32,813 bases of DNA from Minisyncoccota bacterium (GTDB taxonomy: Bacteria; Patescibacteriota; Minisyncoccia; Phycocordibacterales; JAXHMZ01). Shown piece by piece: positions 1-8,631 of this stretch. Location: positions 1 through 32,813 of the forward strand of contig JBBDJZ010000020.1 of the NCBI GenBank assembly GCA_040879625.1, in the 5' to 3' direction. The notes below the pieces were generated by a model, which worked only from the letters and a program-made list of their open reading frames with translations, was not told the origin of the DNA and ran no database searches. A program made the position numbers and the translations under genes. Every line of letters starts with the position of its first letter. The stretch's first letter is position 1.

Positions 1-1233
1 GAGAAAAAAGGCAAGCAAAAGGTTTCAACCGAACCCTATAAAGGTGTACGAGATTTTTATCCGGAAGATCAAGCGATAGAGAGATATCTGCTCACCAAGA
101 TGAAAGAAGGAGCTGAAGCTTTTGGATATCAGGAATATAACGCGTCACCTCTCGAGCCGAGTGACCTATATACAGGAAAAACGTCAGAAGAAATAGTGAA
201 CGAACAGACCTATACTTTTTTAGATCGCGGAGGCAGAAGTGTCACACTTCGCCCCGAGATGACCCCCACCGTAGCTCGACTCGTAGCAGCAAAAAGAAAG
301 GCGCTCTCCTTTCCTGTTCGGCTTTTTTCCCTACCAAATGTTTTTAGGTATGAACGTCCACAACGAGGACGTCTGAGAGAGCACTATCAGCTCAACGTGG
401 ATTTGTTTGGTGTGGCAAACTTAGACGCAGAAGTAGAGGTAATTTCATTGGCACACCTCTTGCTCATTTCGTTTGGACTTAAGCAGGAACAGTTTGAAAT
501 ACGTATTAACGATAGAAACTCTCTTAATCAAGCGTTAGAAAAATTAAATATTTCAGCTGAAACAAAAATTCAGGCAATAAGATTGTTGGATAAGAAATCA
601 AAAATATCTGATTTTGATGAGCAAATGACTGAACTTGTTGGACAACCTCTAGACATAGAGGAGACTGAATCTACATTAGTTCTTGAACTCATTGATAGAT
701 TAAATGCGCTCGGTATTTCAAATGTCGTTTATGATAGAACACTGGCTCGTGGTTTTGATTACTATACTGGTGTTGTTTTTGAAATTTTTGATACACATCC
801 GGAAAATAACCGGTCACTTTTTGGAGGCGGTCGTTACGATAATCTTCTAGAAATGTTTGGCGAAGAAGCTGTTCCGACTGTTGGTTTTGGTATGGGTGAT
901 GTGGTGATTCGCGACGTTCTTAGCACATACGACCTTCTTCCTAAGGATATACGCTACTCAGATGTGTATGTGGTGGTTCTAGGAGAGGAGAACAAACTTT
1001 ATGCAGGAAATGTGGCTCAAGGAGTGCGTGAGACAGGCTTACGGGTTACGGTAGACGTGAGGTATGATTCGCTTGGAAATCAGCTAAAAAGAGCATCTAC
1101 GTTTGGAAATAGATGGGCTCTTATTGTTGGAGATGATGAGCGACAGAGCGATATCCTTTCTCTTAAAAATCTAGAGACGGAAGAACAAGTACGAGTTACT
1201 TTTGAAGAACTACTAACAAGAGTAAAAGTCTAA
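1..1233 (+). CDS. hisS: Histidyl-tRNA synthetase (5' end outside window)
   Basis: Frame 1 is open from base 1 (EKKGKQKVSTEPYKGVRDFYPED precedes the listed Met at 100), so the true start lies upstream of the window. Class II aaRS motifs are present: FRYERPQRGRLREHYQ (motif 2) and GGGRYD (motif 3). A C-terminal anticodon-binding-type domain follows. Confidence 0.93.
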   Translation, partial: EKKGKQKVSTEPYKGVRDFYPEDQAIERYLLTKMKEGAEAFGYQEYNASPLEPSDLYTGKTSEEIVNEQTYTFLDRGGRSVTLRPEMTPTVARLVAAKRKALSFPVRLFSLPNVFRYERPQRGRLREHYQLNVDLFGVANLDAEVEVISLAHLLLISFGLKQEQFEIRINDRNSLNQALEKLNISAETKIQAIRLLDKKSKISDFDEQMTELVGQPLDIEETESTLVLELIDRLNALGISNVVYDRTLARGFDYYTGVVFEIFDTHPENNRSLFGGGRYDNLLEMFGEEAVPTVGFGMGDVVIRDVLSTYDLLPKDIRYSDVYVVVLGEENKLYAGNVAQGVRETGLRVTVDVRYDSLGNQLKRASTFGNRWALIVGDDERQSDILSLKNLETEEQVRVTFEELLTRVKV

Positions 1234-1244
1234 TCTTTTTCGCC

Positions 1245-1820
1245 ATGAGAAAAGTTATTTTTGACATTGAAACTAAAAATACGTTTGCGGAGGTGGGCAC
1301 GCGAGACCCTGCCCTTCTTGATCTTTCGCTTGTTTCGATTCACGATTCAGAATCAGACTCAATATCAAGCTATTTTGAAGAAGATTTGGGTCGTCTGTGG
1401 CCGATTATAGAGCGAGCTGATGTACTTATCGGTTTTAATTCTGATCATTTCGATATCCCTATACTCAACAAATACTATCCCGGTGACCTTGGAAATATTA
1501 AATCGCTTGACCTCCTGGCTGAAATTAGAAACTCCCTTGGCAGAAGAATAGGACTTGATGCTATTGCTGAAGCAACACTCGGTATCCGCAAAAGTGGGCA
1601 TGGTTTACAAGCTATTGAATGGTGGAGAAATGGCGAACTGGAGAAATTGCAACACTATTGCGAGCAAGACGTAAACGTAACGAAAGCCGTATATGATTTT
1701 GCGATAGAAAACCAATTCTTGAAATTCAGAGCTGATGATGGTTTGAGAAAAATTCCTCTGAACACGGCGCACTGGGATACGCGTGAAGAAAAATCAATAA
1801 CCCACACCCTTCCCTTTTAA
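1245..1820 (+). CDS. Stand-alone DEDD 3'-5' exonuclease, PolB-exonuclease-like (RNase H fold)
   Basis: ATG lies 11 nt after the hisS stop. Exo I is FDIET, Exo II is GFNSDHFDIPIL, and Exo III is HYCEQDVNVTKAVY (fits both H-x4-D and Y-x3-D). The GxxG..W....YCEQDV pattern is typical of predicted PolB-exo-related exonucleases. Confidence 0.8.
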   Translation: MRKVIFDIETKNTFAEVGTRDPALLDLSLVSIHDSESDSISSYFEEDLGRLWPIIERADVLIGFNSDHFDIPILNKYYPGDLGNIKSLDLLAEIRNSLGRRIGLDAIAEATLGIRKSGHGLQAIEWWRNGELEKLQHYCEQDVNVTKAVYDFAIENQFLKFRADDGLRKIPLNTAHWDTREEKSITHTLPF

Positions 1821-1872
1821 CTGAAACTTTTGCGTGCTAAAGTAATTGATATATTACTTAATAGATACTTTA

Positions 1873-2670
1873 ATGAAAAAATCTTCACCTCTTCTTTTGC
1901 CACTATCAATAGTCATCGCGGGACTGCTCATTGGTATATTCGCAGCAGGAGCCATACTTTTTACTAACAAAACAGGAGGAAGCGCTCCGGGAGCGGTCAG
2001 CGAGCCAATGGTGCGAGAAATTTCATACGCACCAGTAGCCAAAGAAGATCACGTGCGAGGAAGCCTTTCTGCAGCTGTTAAGCTCATTGATTATTCAGAT
2101 TATGAGTGTCCTTTTTGTAAAAGACACCACGAAACGCTTATTGCACTCATGGAAAACTATGACGAGGCTGAGTTCGCGTGGGTTTACCGACACTTCCCCA
2201 TTCCTCAGTTACACCAAAAAGCAATACCTGAATCAGTAGCAGCCGAGTGCGTTGCACTACAGGCGGGCTCTGGGGGTTTTTGGTCATTCACTGACATTAT
2301 TTATGAAGTTACTCCGGCAAACGACGGACTTGACCTTGCCCTTCTTCCTGAGTATGCAGAACAAGCTGGTGCCACTGACAATGCAGCGTTTCAGTCGTGT
2401 GTTGAAACAGAAGAAACGCTCGCGTTAGTGGAGTCTGACATGGAAGATGGTGAAAATGCAGGAGCAAGAGGTACTCCTTATGGACTCTTCACGACTGAAA
2501 GAGAAATCAACAAAAAAATACGCAGTGCAATTTTTGCTGAACTACAAGCCATTAACGCTGCCGAACTTGTAATTTTTGCAGAGGACGGTTCCTCAATCGG
2601 GCTTAGTGGCGCTCTTCCTCTTCTGACGCTCACCGCTATTGTTGATATTCTTATTGAATATAACAACTAG
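1873..2670 (+). CDS. Membrane-anchored DsbA-family thiol:disulfide oxidoreductase
   Basis: The listed ORF begins at a TTG (1846). ATG 1873 gives MKKSSPLLLPLSIVIAGLLIGIFAAG (N-terminal TM/signal anchor). The thioredoxin-fold active site is YSDYECPFCKRHH (CPFC at 2107-2118), with the downstream family motifs YRHFPI, AAECVA, FW.F and GTPY. Confidence 0.8.
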   Translation: MKKSSPLLLPLSIVIAGLLIGIFAAGAILFTNKTGGSAPGAVSEPMVREISYAPVAKEDHVRGSLSAAVKLIDYSDYECPFCKRHHETLIALMENYDEAEFAWVYRHFPIPQLHQKAIPESVAAECVALQAGSGGFWSFTDIIYEVTPANDGLDLALLPEYAEQAGATDNAAFQSCVETEETLALVESDMEDGENAGARGTPYGLFTTEREINKKIRSAIFAELQAINAAELVIFAEDGSSIGLSGALPLLTLTAIVDILIEYNN

Positions 2671-2684
2671 ATTCTAGTCACGAG

Positions 2685-5603
2685 TCAAAAAAGAGTCCGA
2701 GAAAGCCTGCACCACTCGCAGGTTTTTTTCGTACACCCCTTATCCACAAAAGAGCCCGAGAGCAGTTCCTTTGACATGTTTCGTATTGTTTCAATAAGTT
2801 CAGCGCGATCCTCCTGAGTGATAATAAATCGTTCTTGTTTATATATCCCACGCTCGTTTGGTTCAACAAAATCGATAACACCCTCTTTCATTGATTCACC
2901 TGTTCTCTCGAGCAGTTCAGCATAAAACACAAGCTGGCGTTTATAGTCCCCTGTCCCTGTTTTTGTTTTTCCTTCAAGATCATTTCGAGATTTCGGTTTG
3001 CCTGTTTTGAAATCAGTGACAATAAGGCCGTCTTCCTCTCTTTCAATTTTGTCAAGTTTTCCAGAGAGTTTCAGCTCTAGTGAGGGTAATTCGAGTATAA
3101 TGTGTGAATAGGAGCGCTCTGTTTCAACCTGTAGCCCCCACTCTTCTCGATGTGCATTCAGATAGCCAATGATATGTTCTTCCCCTTTCTTTAAAAAACG
3201 ATTTTTTTCACTTTCTGAAAGAATCACTGCCTCAAGTTCCCGTTGAAGAACCGCTCTCACCTCTCTGTCAGAGAGATGGATTCCGTGGTTTCTCTCCTCA
3301 AAAAAATGCTGGAGTGTGTGGTGGACAGCGGTTCCATACTTGGCGCTTGGTGATGATGCTTGTGGCAGTCTCAAAAGAGAGAGGAAATAGTATTCCCAAG
3401 GACATTTGAGATACTTGTTAACTGCGGTTGCGTTAAGCTGTCGCCCCAAAAAAAGAGAGGCAACGTATTCTTTGTCGAGAAGGGTGTGTTTTTCACGAGC
3501 GGTTCTTTTAGTAAGAGTAAAAAAGGTTTCGTCGTGGGTCTCCTTCGTCACACCATCCCCCAGCTCATCAATAAAACGTGTGGGTAAACGGGCCCTTCCC
3601 TCATCGTCAGAGGCGGACACCGTAAGTAGTAATGATTCCTTTGCTCTGGTCATTCCGACGTAGAGAAGTCGTCGTTCATCTTGTTCTGACTCACCTTCTT
3701 CACCAAGCGCAAGACCTTGAAACTCAGGTAAATAAAACAATTCCCGTTTTTTCTTTCCTCCCCATTTTTTACTATCTAGTCCGGTTATAATTACGGAGTC
3801 GAACTCGAGTCCTTTCACTCCATGGACGGTTGAGAGCGTAACGCGAGCACTCTCGTTCTGTCGCGAGCGAAATCTAAGAAGGTTGTGCGTACGAGCATGT
3901 TCAACATACGTTATAAAAGCACGAAGGTGTATCTTCCCGTCTCTTTTTTCTAAGTTTCGAGCTAAGGAGTGAAGTTGCGTTATCTCTTCAAGGGCTTCCT
4001 CTGCCTGATCAGAACGTACAATGCTTTCAATGAGTCCTGTCGTATGAAGAACATTTTCAAAGAAAGAAAAGAAAGGTGTGTTAGTAGCGGAGGCGCGTAG
4101 CACCATAAGTTTTTTGAGAGTCTGCTCACAGAGTCCGTTACCTTCAGCGGAAAGCTCTGCGAATAGGAGGTTTTCATTGCGAGCTCTTTCAATACAGCGA
4201 ACAGCCTCATCCGCGGGTATCTTGAAACAGTCATACAGCAAGGCTCGTGCAATAGAACTTTCACTAGGTGAATCAGCTAATGAAAGAAGCGCTAAAAATT
4301 GTTCGGTATACGGATGAAGCTCTCTGCGTGTGCCGGAAAGCTTCGTATACAGTATTCCCTCTTGCCTGAGCGCGGCTTCAAGCAATTGTGCATCCGTGTT
4401 GTTTCTATACAAAATGGCGATACTTTTATCAGGCGCATGATCCTGTTGCTTACGCACTTCTTTTGCAACAAAAAATGCTTCGTCGGCTTCGGTTGAAAGG
4501 GTCACAAACCTTGGTTGCACAAACGAAAGTGATAAAGACTGAAGAAGGGGCTTGGTCGAAAGTGTAGGGTTGTTTTGGATTAATGTATGGGAAATATCAA
4601 GAACCGATTGATGAGATCGGTAATTTTTTGTCAGCTCAATCATGAGAGCCGAAGGGTAACGCTCTGAAAAAAAGAGAAAGTTTTTCAACGATGCTCCCTG
4701 AAAGCGGTAGATGGCTTGTTTATCATCACCTACAATAAACAGATTTGGATTTTCGTGAAAATTTGAAAGATAGTCAATAATACGGTTTTGCGCACCATTT
4801 GAGTCCTGATGTTCGTCAACAAGAATATAGAGGTAGCGTTCTTGCAGTGTGAGAAGAAGATCATTGTCGTGCTTCAGACCTTCCAGAAGCTCCAAAATTG
4901 CGTCATCATAGTCGAAAAGTCGTAATTCAGCCTTCTTTAGCTCATATGCTTGGTAGATGCGTAGAAGCTCAAAATTTTTACGAATTTTCTTTTGGATGGT
5001 CTTATAGACACCCTTCATTTCACCCTCGTGTTTTCCCTTTGTATGCGTAAGGTCTTCTATTGATTCAAATTCCTCTATCTGCTGTTCGAGGAGCCTCTGA
5101 AATGATTCTGGATTAAAACCTTCTCGCTTGATATCTTGCAGGATGCTCGAGAGGGGTCGAAGATAGTAGTGGGGATCCCCAAGTGGTTTAAGAAGTTCAA
5201 AATCCTCCTCATCAAGAATCGATTGCAATAGTTCAAGTTTTTCTAGTTCATCAATTTGTCGAGCGCCGATAATTTTAGGAAATGAATCAGGATAGTCCTG
5301 AGTAATAGAGTTTGCAAATCCATGAAAAGTCGCAATTTCAACACTGTGCGCTGCTTTTCCAATAAGGATTTTGAGACGTGCGCGCATGGCTTGGACCCCG
5401 GCGTCGGTAAACGTAAGAGCAAGCACTCCGTGTGGCGGAGTGTCTGTCTCGTGTAATATGTGCGCAATTCGAGTTGTAAGAACCTGTGTCTTTCCTGTTC
5501 CTGGGCCCGCAACAACAATAACAGGTCCGTCTATGGTCTCGACGGCCTTTCTTTGCTCTTTATTCAGTTTTCGTAATTCTTCGGTGTAGTGAAACGTATC
5601 CAT
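2685..5603 (-). CDS. UvrD/PcrA-type SF1 helicase fused to a C-terminal Cas4/AddB-like PD-(D/E)xK nuclease with Cys cluster
   Basis: Helicase motifs: I VVAGPGTGKT, Ia LALTFTDAG, II YILVDEHQDSN, III FIVGDDKQAIYRFQGA, V TVHGVKGLEFDSVII, VI ERRLLYVGMTRAKESL. Nuclease domain (about res 720-972, nt 2688-3446): GKLDKIE, IVTDFKTGKPK, YKRQLVFYAELL, plus four Cys (C734 in KCPWEYYF and C957-x4-C962-x2-C965 in CTKKTCEWC). Confidence 0.88.
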   Translation of the reverse strand: MDTFHYTEELRKLNKEQRKAVETIDGPVIVVAGPGTGKTQVLTTRIAHILHETDTPPHGVLALTFTDAGVQAMRARLKILIGKAAHSVEIATFHGFANSITQDYPDSFPKIIGARQIDELEKLELLQSILDEEDFELLKPLGDPHYYLRPLSSILQDIKREGFNPESFQRLLEQQIEEFESIEDLTHTKGKHEGEMKGVYKTIQKKIRKNFELLRIYQAYELKKAELRLFDYDDAILELLEGLKHDNDLLLTLQERYLYILVDEHQDSNGAQNRIIDYLSNFHENPNLFIVGDDKQAIYRFQGASLKNFLFFSERYPSALMIELTKNYRSHQSVLDISHTLIQNNPTLSTKPLLQSLSLSFVQPRFVTLSTEADEAFFVAKEVRKQQDHAPDKSIAILYRNNTDAQLLEAALRQEGILYTKLSGTRRELHPYTEQFLALLSLADSPSESSIARALLYDCFKIPADEAVRCIERARNENLLFAELSAEGNGLCEQTLKKLMVLRASATNTPFFSFFENVLHTTGLIESIVRSDQAEEALEEITQLHSLARNLEKRDGKIHLRAFITYVEHARTHNLLRFRSRQNESARVTLSTVHGVKGLEFDSVIITGLDSKKWGGKKKRELFYLPEFQGLALGEEGESEQDERRLLYVGMTRAKESLLLTVSASDDEGRARLPTRFIDELGDGVTKETHDETFFTLTKRTAREKHTLLDKEYVASLFLGRQLNATAVNKYLKCPWEYYFLSLLRLPQASSPSAKYGTAVHHTLQHFFEERNHGIHLSDREVRAVLQRELEAVILSESEKNRFLKKGEEHIIGYLNAHREEWGLQVETERSYSHIILELPSLELKLSGKLDKIEREEDGLIVTDFKTGKPKSRNDLEGKTKTGTGDYKRQLVFYAELLERTGESMKEGVIDFVEPNERGIYKQERFIITQEDRAELIETIRNMSKELLSGSFVDKGCTKKTCEWCRLSRTLF
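2706..2729 (+). terminator. Candidate intrinsic terminator for the hisS-exo-dsbA unit, embedded in the 3' end of the convergent helicase gene
   Basis: CCTGC (2706-2710) / GCAGG (2718-2722) form a 5-bp stem with a 7-nt loop, followed by T7 (2723-2729), 36 nt after the dsbA-like stop. The stem is short, so this is only moderate evidence. Confidence 0.35.
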
Positions 5604-5619
5604 TTCTCCAAGTATACCA
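5604..5619 (-). promoter_or_regulatory. Extended -10 element TGGTATACT, 7 nt upstream of the helicase-nuclease ATG (candidate internal, leaderless-type promoter)
   Basis: The minus strand reads TAA(rpoD stop)-AGAACCCCTTTTCTAAAA-TGGTATACT-TGGAGAA-ATG. The same 9-mer is found at the rpoB and dnaE promoters. No convincing -35 is present. Confidence 0.45.
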
Positions 5620-5637
5620 TTTTAGAAAAGGGGTTCT

Positions 5638-6861
5638 TTAGTAGTTTTTTAGCCTGTTTGACTTTTCGTGTTCACGAATCTTTTGGTGAGCCTTCGCTTC
5701 AATTTGACGAATACGCTCTCGTGTTACCCCAAACTCCTTTCCAACTTCTTCGAGAGTATGGTTCACCCCATCAAGAATTCCATTTCTCATTTCAAGAATT
5801 TTACGTTCTTTAGGCGTGAGATCACCAAGTATTTCATTAACCTGATCAGAGAGAATTCGCTTTGAAGATTCATAGTCGGGAGAAAGAAGGGTATCGTCAG
5901 GAATAAAATCTCCAAGCGTAGACTTACCATCAGATTCATCACCAACGGGGCTTTCAAGCGAAACGGTATCCTGGTCGATTTTAATAATCGTGTATATTTT
6001 TTCGACGTCTATCCCCATCTCAGTTGCAATCTCTTCTGGCATGGGATCTCGTCCAAGATCTTGCGAAAGTCTGCGTAAAACTTGTTTGTACTTTGCAATA
6101 GTTTCAACCATATGAACTGGTATTCTGATGGTTCGTGACTGATCTGCAAGCGCCCTGGTGATTGCTTGACGAATCCACCAAGTTGCATAGGTAGAAAACT
6201 TAAAGCCTTTATTCCAGTCAAATTTATCAACCGCTTTAAAAAGACCCAGATTTCCTTCTTGAATAAGATCAAGCAGGGTTAAGTCCGGAGATCGCCCGAC
6301 ATACTTTTTTGCAATTGATACGACAAGCCTAAGGTTTGCGCGCGCCAAAAGCATGCGGGCCTCTTCGTCTCCAGTCTCTATTCGCTGCGCCAGTGTGCGT
6401 TCCTCTGCAGCTGAAATAAGAGGATACTGACCAATCTCTTTGAGATACATCTGAATGGAATCGTATGAAGATGATTTTCGAGAATAGCCACCCTTCTTCT
6501 CTACCCCATCCATTTGAAGTAGCCCCGTGCTTTCTAGCACATCAATTCCTGCTACGCTAAATTTTTCATATAGCTCCTCAAGGTCGGTTATGTTTTCTTC
6601 AATTTTGGGAAACTCTTTCAAAATTTCGTCGTAGGTAACAAAGCCACGGTCCTTTCCTTTTTTTGAAAGTCTTTCAGATTTTTTATCAAACTCCTTCTGT
6701 GCAAGCTTTGCTTTATCAATTGCCTTTGATGATTTTCTTGGCTGTGTTGTTTTTCTTGCAACCTTTTTTATGGACGACTTTTTAGAAACAGGCGTCTTTT
6801 TTCTGGGCTCTTTTTTTACTATCTTGAGAGGTTTTTTTGTCTGTTTCTTTTTGGGGCTCAT
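5638..6861 (-). CDS. rpoD: Primary RNA polymerase sigma factor (sigma-70 family) with Lys-rich N-terminus
   Basis: Region 1.2/2: [74 protein letters not shown]. Region 3/4: [31 protein letters not shown]. The ATG overlaps the dnaG stop (ATGA). Confidence 0.93.
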   Translation of the reverse strand: MSPKKKQTKKPLKIVKKEPRKKTPVSKKSSIKKVARKTTQPRKSSKAIDKAKLAQKEFDKKSERLSKKGKDRGFVTYDEILKEFPKIEENITDLEELYEKFSVAGIDVLESTGLLQMDGVEKKGGYSRKSSSYDSIQMYLKEIGQYPLISAAEERTLAQRIETGDEEARMLLARANLRLVVSIAKKYVGRSPDLTLLDLIQEGNLGLFKAVDKFDWNKGFKFSTYATWWIRQAITRALADQSRTIRIPVHMVETIAKYKQVLRRLSQDLGRDPMPEEIATEMGIDVEKIYTIIKIDQDTVSLESPVGDESDGKSTLGDFIPDDTLLSPDYESSKRILSDQVNEILGDLTPKERKILEMRNGILDGVNHTLEEVGKEFGVTRERIRQIEAKAHQKIREHEKSNRLKNY

Positions 6862-8618
6862 GACTTTTGTTTTAATTGTTCAATCTTCTTTAAAAGAGTT
6901 GAGTAGGTGTTAAAAATTGTTGCGGTCACTTCCTTGTCAGCACTTCCTTCTGCTTCCTTCATTTTTTCAAGCAGTATCTTAGCTTTACGTTCGAGTTCTG
7001 AGATGGTTATGCGACTAAGTAAATATTCTATGTAACTTTTTTGCTCAAGTACGGTTTGGTTCTCTTCTTCAATTTCAAACACATACTTTTCTTTTTCAGG
7101 ACTCTGTATCTTTTTGAAAACATCTTCTGGTGGTTCAGAAAAAATTTCTTGAAACCGTTCCTTAAACGTTACCATACTCGTTCTATCAATTTCAGTATTT
7201 TGCGCAAGTATGACTATGTGAGTTGCAAGAATGTGTTTTTCATTGAACGTCAGAACAGCCCTTTCTTTAGGAGGAGGTACCACGTGAGGCGTCGAACCCC
7301 CCTTCTTCATCGCACGCCCCCTAAAAGTCTCAAACTCGCTTAAAAGAGTGTCACTTTGAATGCCAATTTTTTCCGCAACAACTCCGAGGTAGTGTTCACG
7401 GTCAACACTACTCGGAACTTCAGCGATGGTCATGAAAAGCTCAGCTTGTACAGCTTTCAAAACTCCCTTCTTTTCCTTGGCGTCGTTTTGAATTGTTTGA
7501 AGTTGGAATTCAATAGCATCCTCTGATGTCTTTACGAGCCTCTTCCATTCTTTGACGTCTTTCAAGATAACATCAGCGGGGTCGCTTCCGTCTGGTAGTC
7601 GCGCCACCTTCACGTCCATACCAAGTGAAAGCGCGAGCTGAGCATTTTTAATCGTTGCAGTAATACCAGCTGTATCAGAATCAAACGCAATAACAATGTT
7701 TTTAGAGATTCGTTTTACGAGCTCAAGATTAGATACACCTGCTTCACCTTCAGTCTCCCTCCCCCTCAGTGCGGTGCCTGAGGTTGCAACAGTGTTTCTA
7801 AATCCCGCCTGGTGACTTAAGACAAGGTCCATTTGACCCTCAACAAGTATAGAAAATCCGAACTTACGAATTCCTAGCTTTGCCTTATCAATCCCATACA
7901 GAATATCTCGTTTTTTAAAGAGCGTTGTTTCCGGGCTATTAATATACTTTGCCGTTGTACTGTCAGTATCCAGTGTTCTACCAGAAAATCCCACAACACG
8001 ACCTGATGAGTCAGCAATTGGAAACATAATCCTGTTACGAAAACGATCATATTTCTTCCCCGCTTCAGATTTTATCGCAAGTCCCGCACGTTCTATTTCT
8101 TCAAAGCTATACCCCTCTTTCTCTAAACCGTCGAGGATAAAACTCCAAGTGTCAGGCGCAAACCCAATGCCAAAACGCAGAGCAGTTTCATCGGTTATTC
8201 CACGCTTAGCAGTGTAGCCACGAGCTTGTGTATCCGAAATCCATTTTTCTTGATACATTTCAGTCGCCCGAGAAAGAAGCGGGTATAACCGGTCAACTTT
8301 CTCTTTTGCTTCTTTGTCTTGCGTCGTGCTTGTATAGTGACGTATGTCTACACCAGCTCTTTCAGCAAGAATTTTAAGTGCTCCCTTAAAATCAACCCCT
8401 TCGAACTCCTCCACAAACGTAAAAATGTCTCCACCCTTATTGCAACCAAAGCAATAAAAAGACTGACGTTCAGCGGATACGGTAAAAGAGGGGGTTTTTT
8501 CTGAATGAAAAGGACAGAGTGCTTTTAGTGATTTTCCTGATTGTTTTAATTCAATATACGAACCCACTACTTCCTCTATGCCGATTTTGCGCTTTATTTC
8601 TTCGACGGGAGAATTCAT
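6858..8618 (-). CDS. dnaG: DNA primase
   Basis: Zinc ribbon [30 protein letters not shown], followed by a TOPRIM region ([18 protein letters not shown]). The listed ORF begins at TTG 8627, but ATG 8618 (MNSPVEEIK) is the more likely start, 13 nt after the rpoC stop. Confidence 0.93.
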   Translation of the reverse strand: MNSPVEEIKRKIGIEEVVGSYIELKQSGKSLKALCPFHSEKTPSFTVSAERQSFYCFGCNKGGDIFTFVEEFEGVDFKGALKILAERAGVDIRHYTSTTQDKEAKEKVDRLYPLLSRATEMYQEKWISDTQARGYTAKRGITDETALRFGIGFAPDTWSFILDGLEKEGYSFEEIERAGLAIKSEAGKKYDRFRNRIMFPIADSSGRVVGFSGRTLDTDSTTAKYINSPETTLFKKRDILYGIDKAKLGIRKFGFSILVEGQMDLVLSHQAGFRNTVATSGTALRGRETEGEAGVSNLELVKRISKNIVIAFDSDTAGITATIKNAQLALSLGMDVKVARLPDGSDPADVILKDVKEWKRLVKTSEDAIEFQLQTIQNDAKEKKGVLKAVQAELFMTIAEVPSSVDREHYLGVVAEKIGIQSDTLLSEFETFRGRAMKKGGSTPHVVPPPKERAVLTFNEKHILATHIVILAQNTEIDRTSMVTFKERFQEIFSEPPEDVFKKIQSPEKEKYVFEIEEENQTVLEQKSYIEYLLSRITISELERKAKILLEKMKEAEGSADKEVTATIFNTYSTLLKKIEQLKQKS

Positions 8619-8631
8619 GAGATACAATGTA

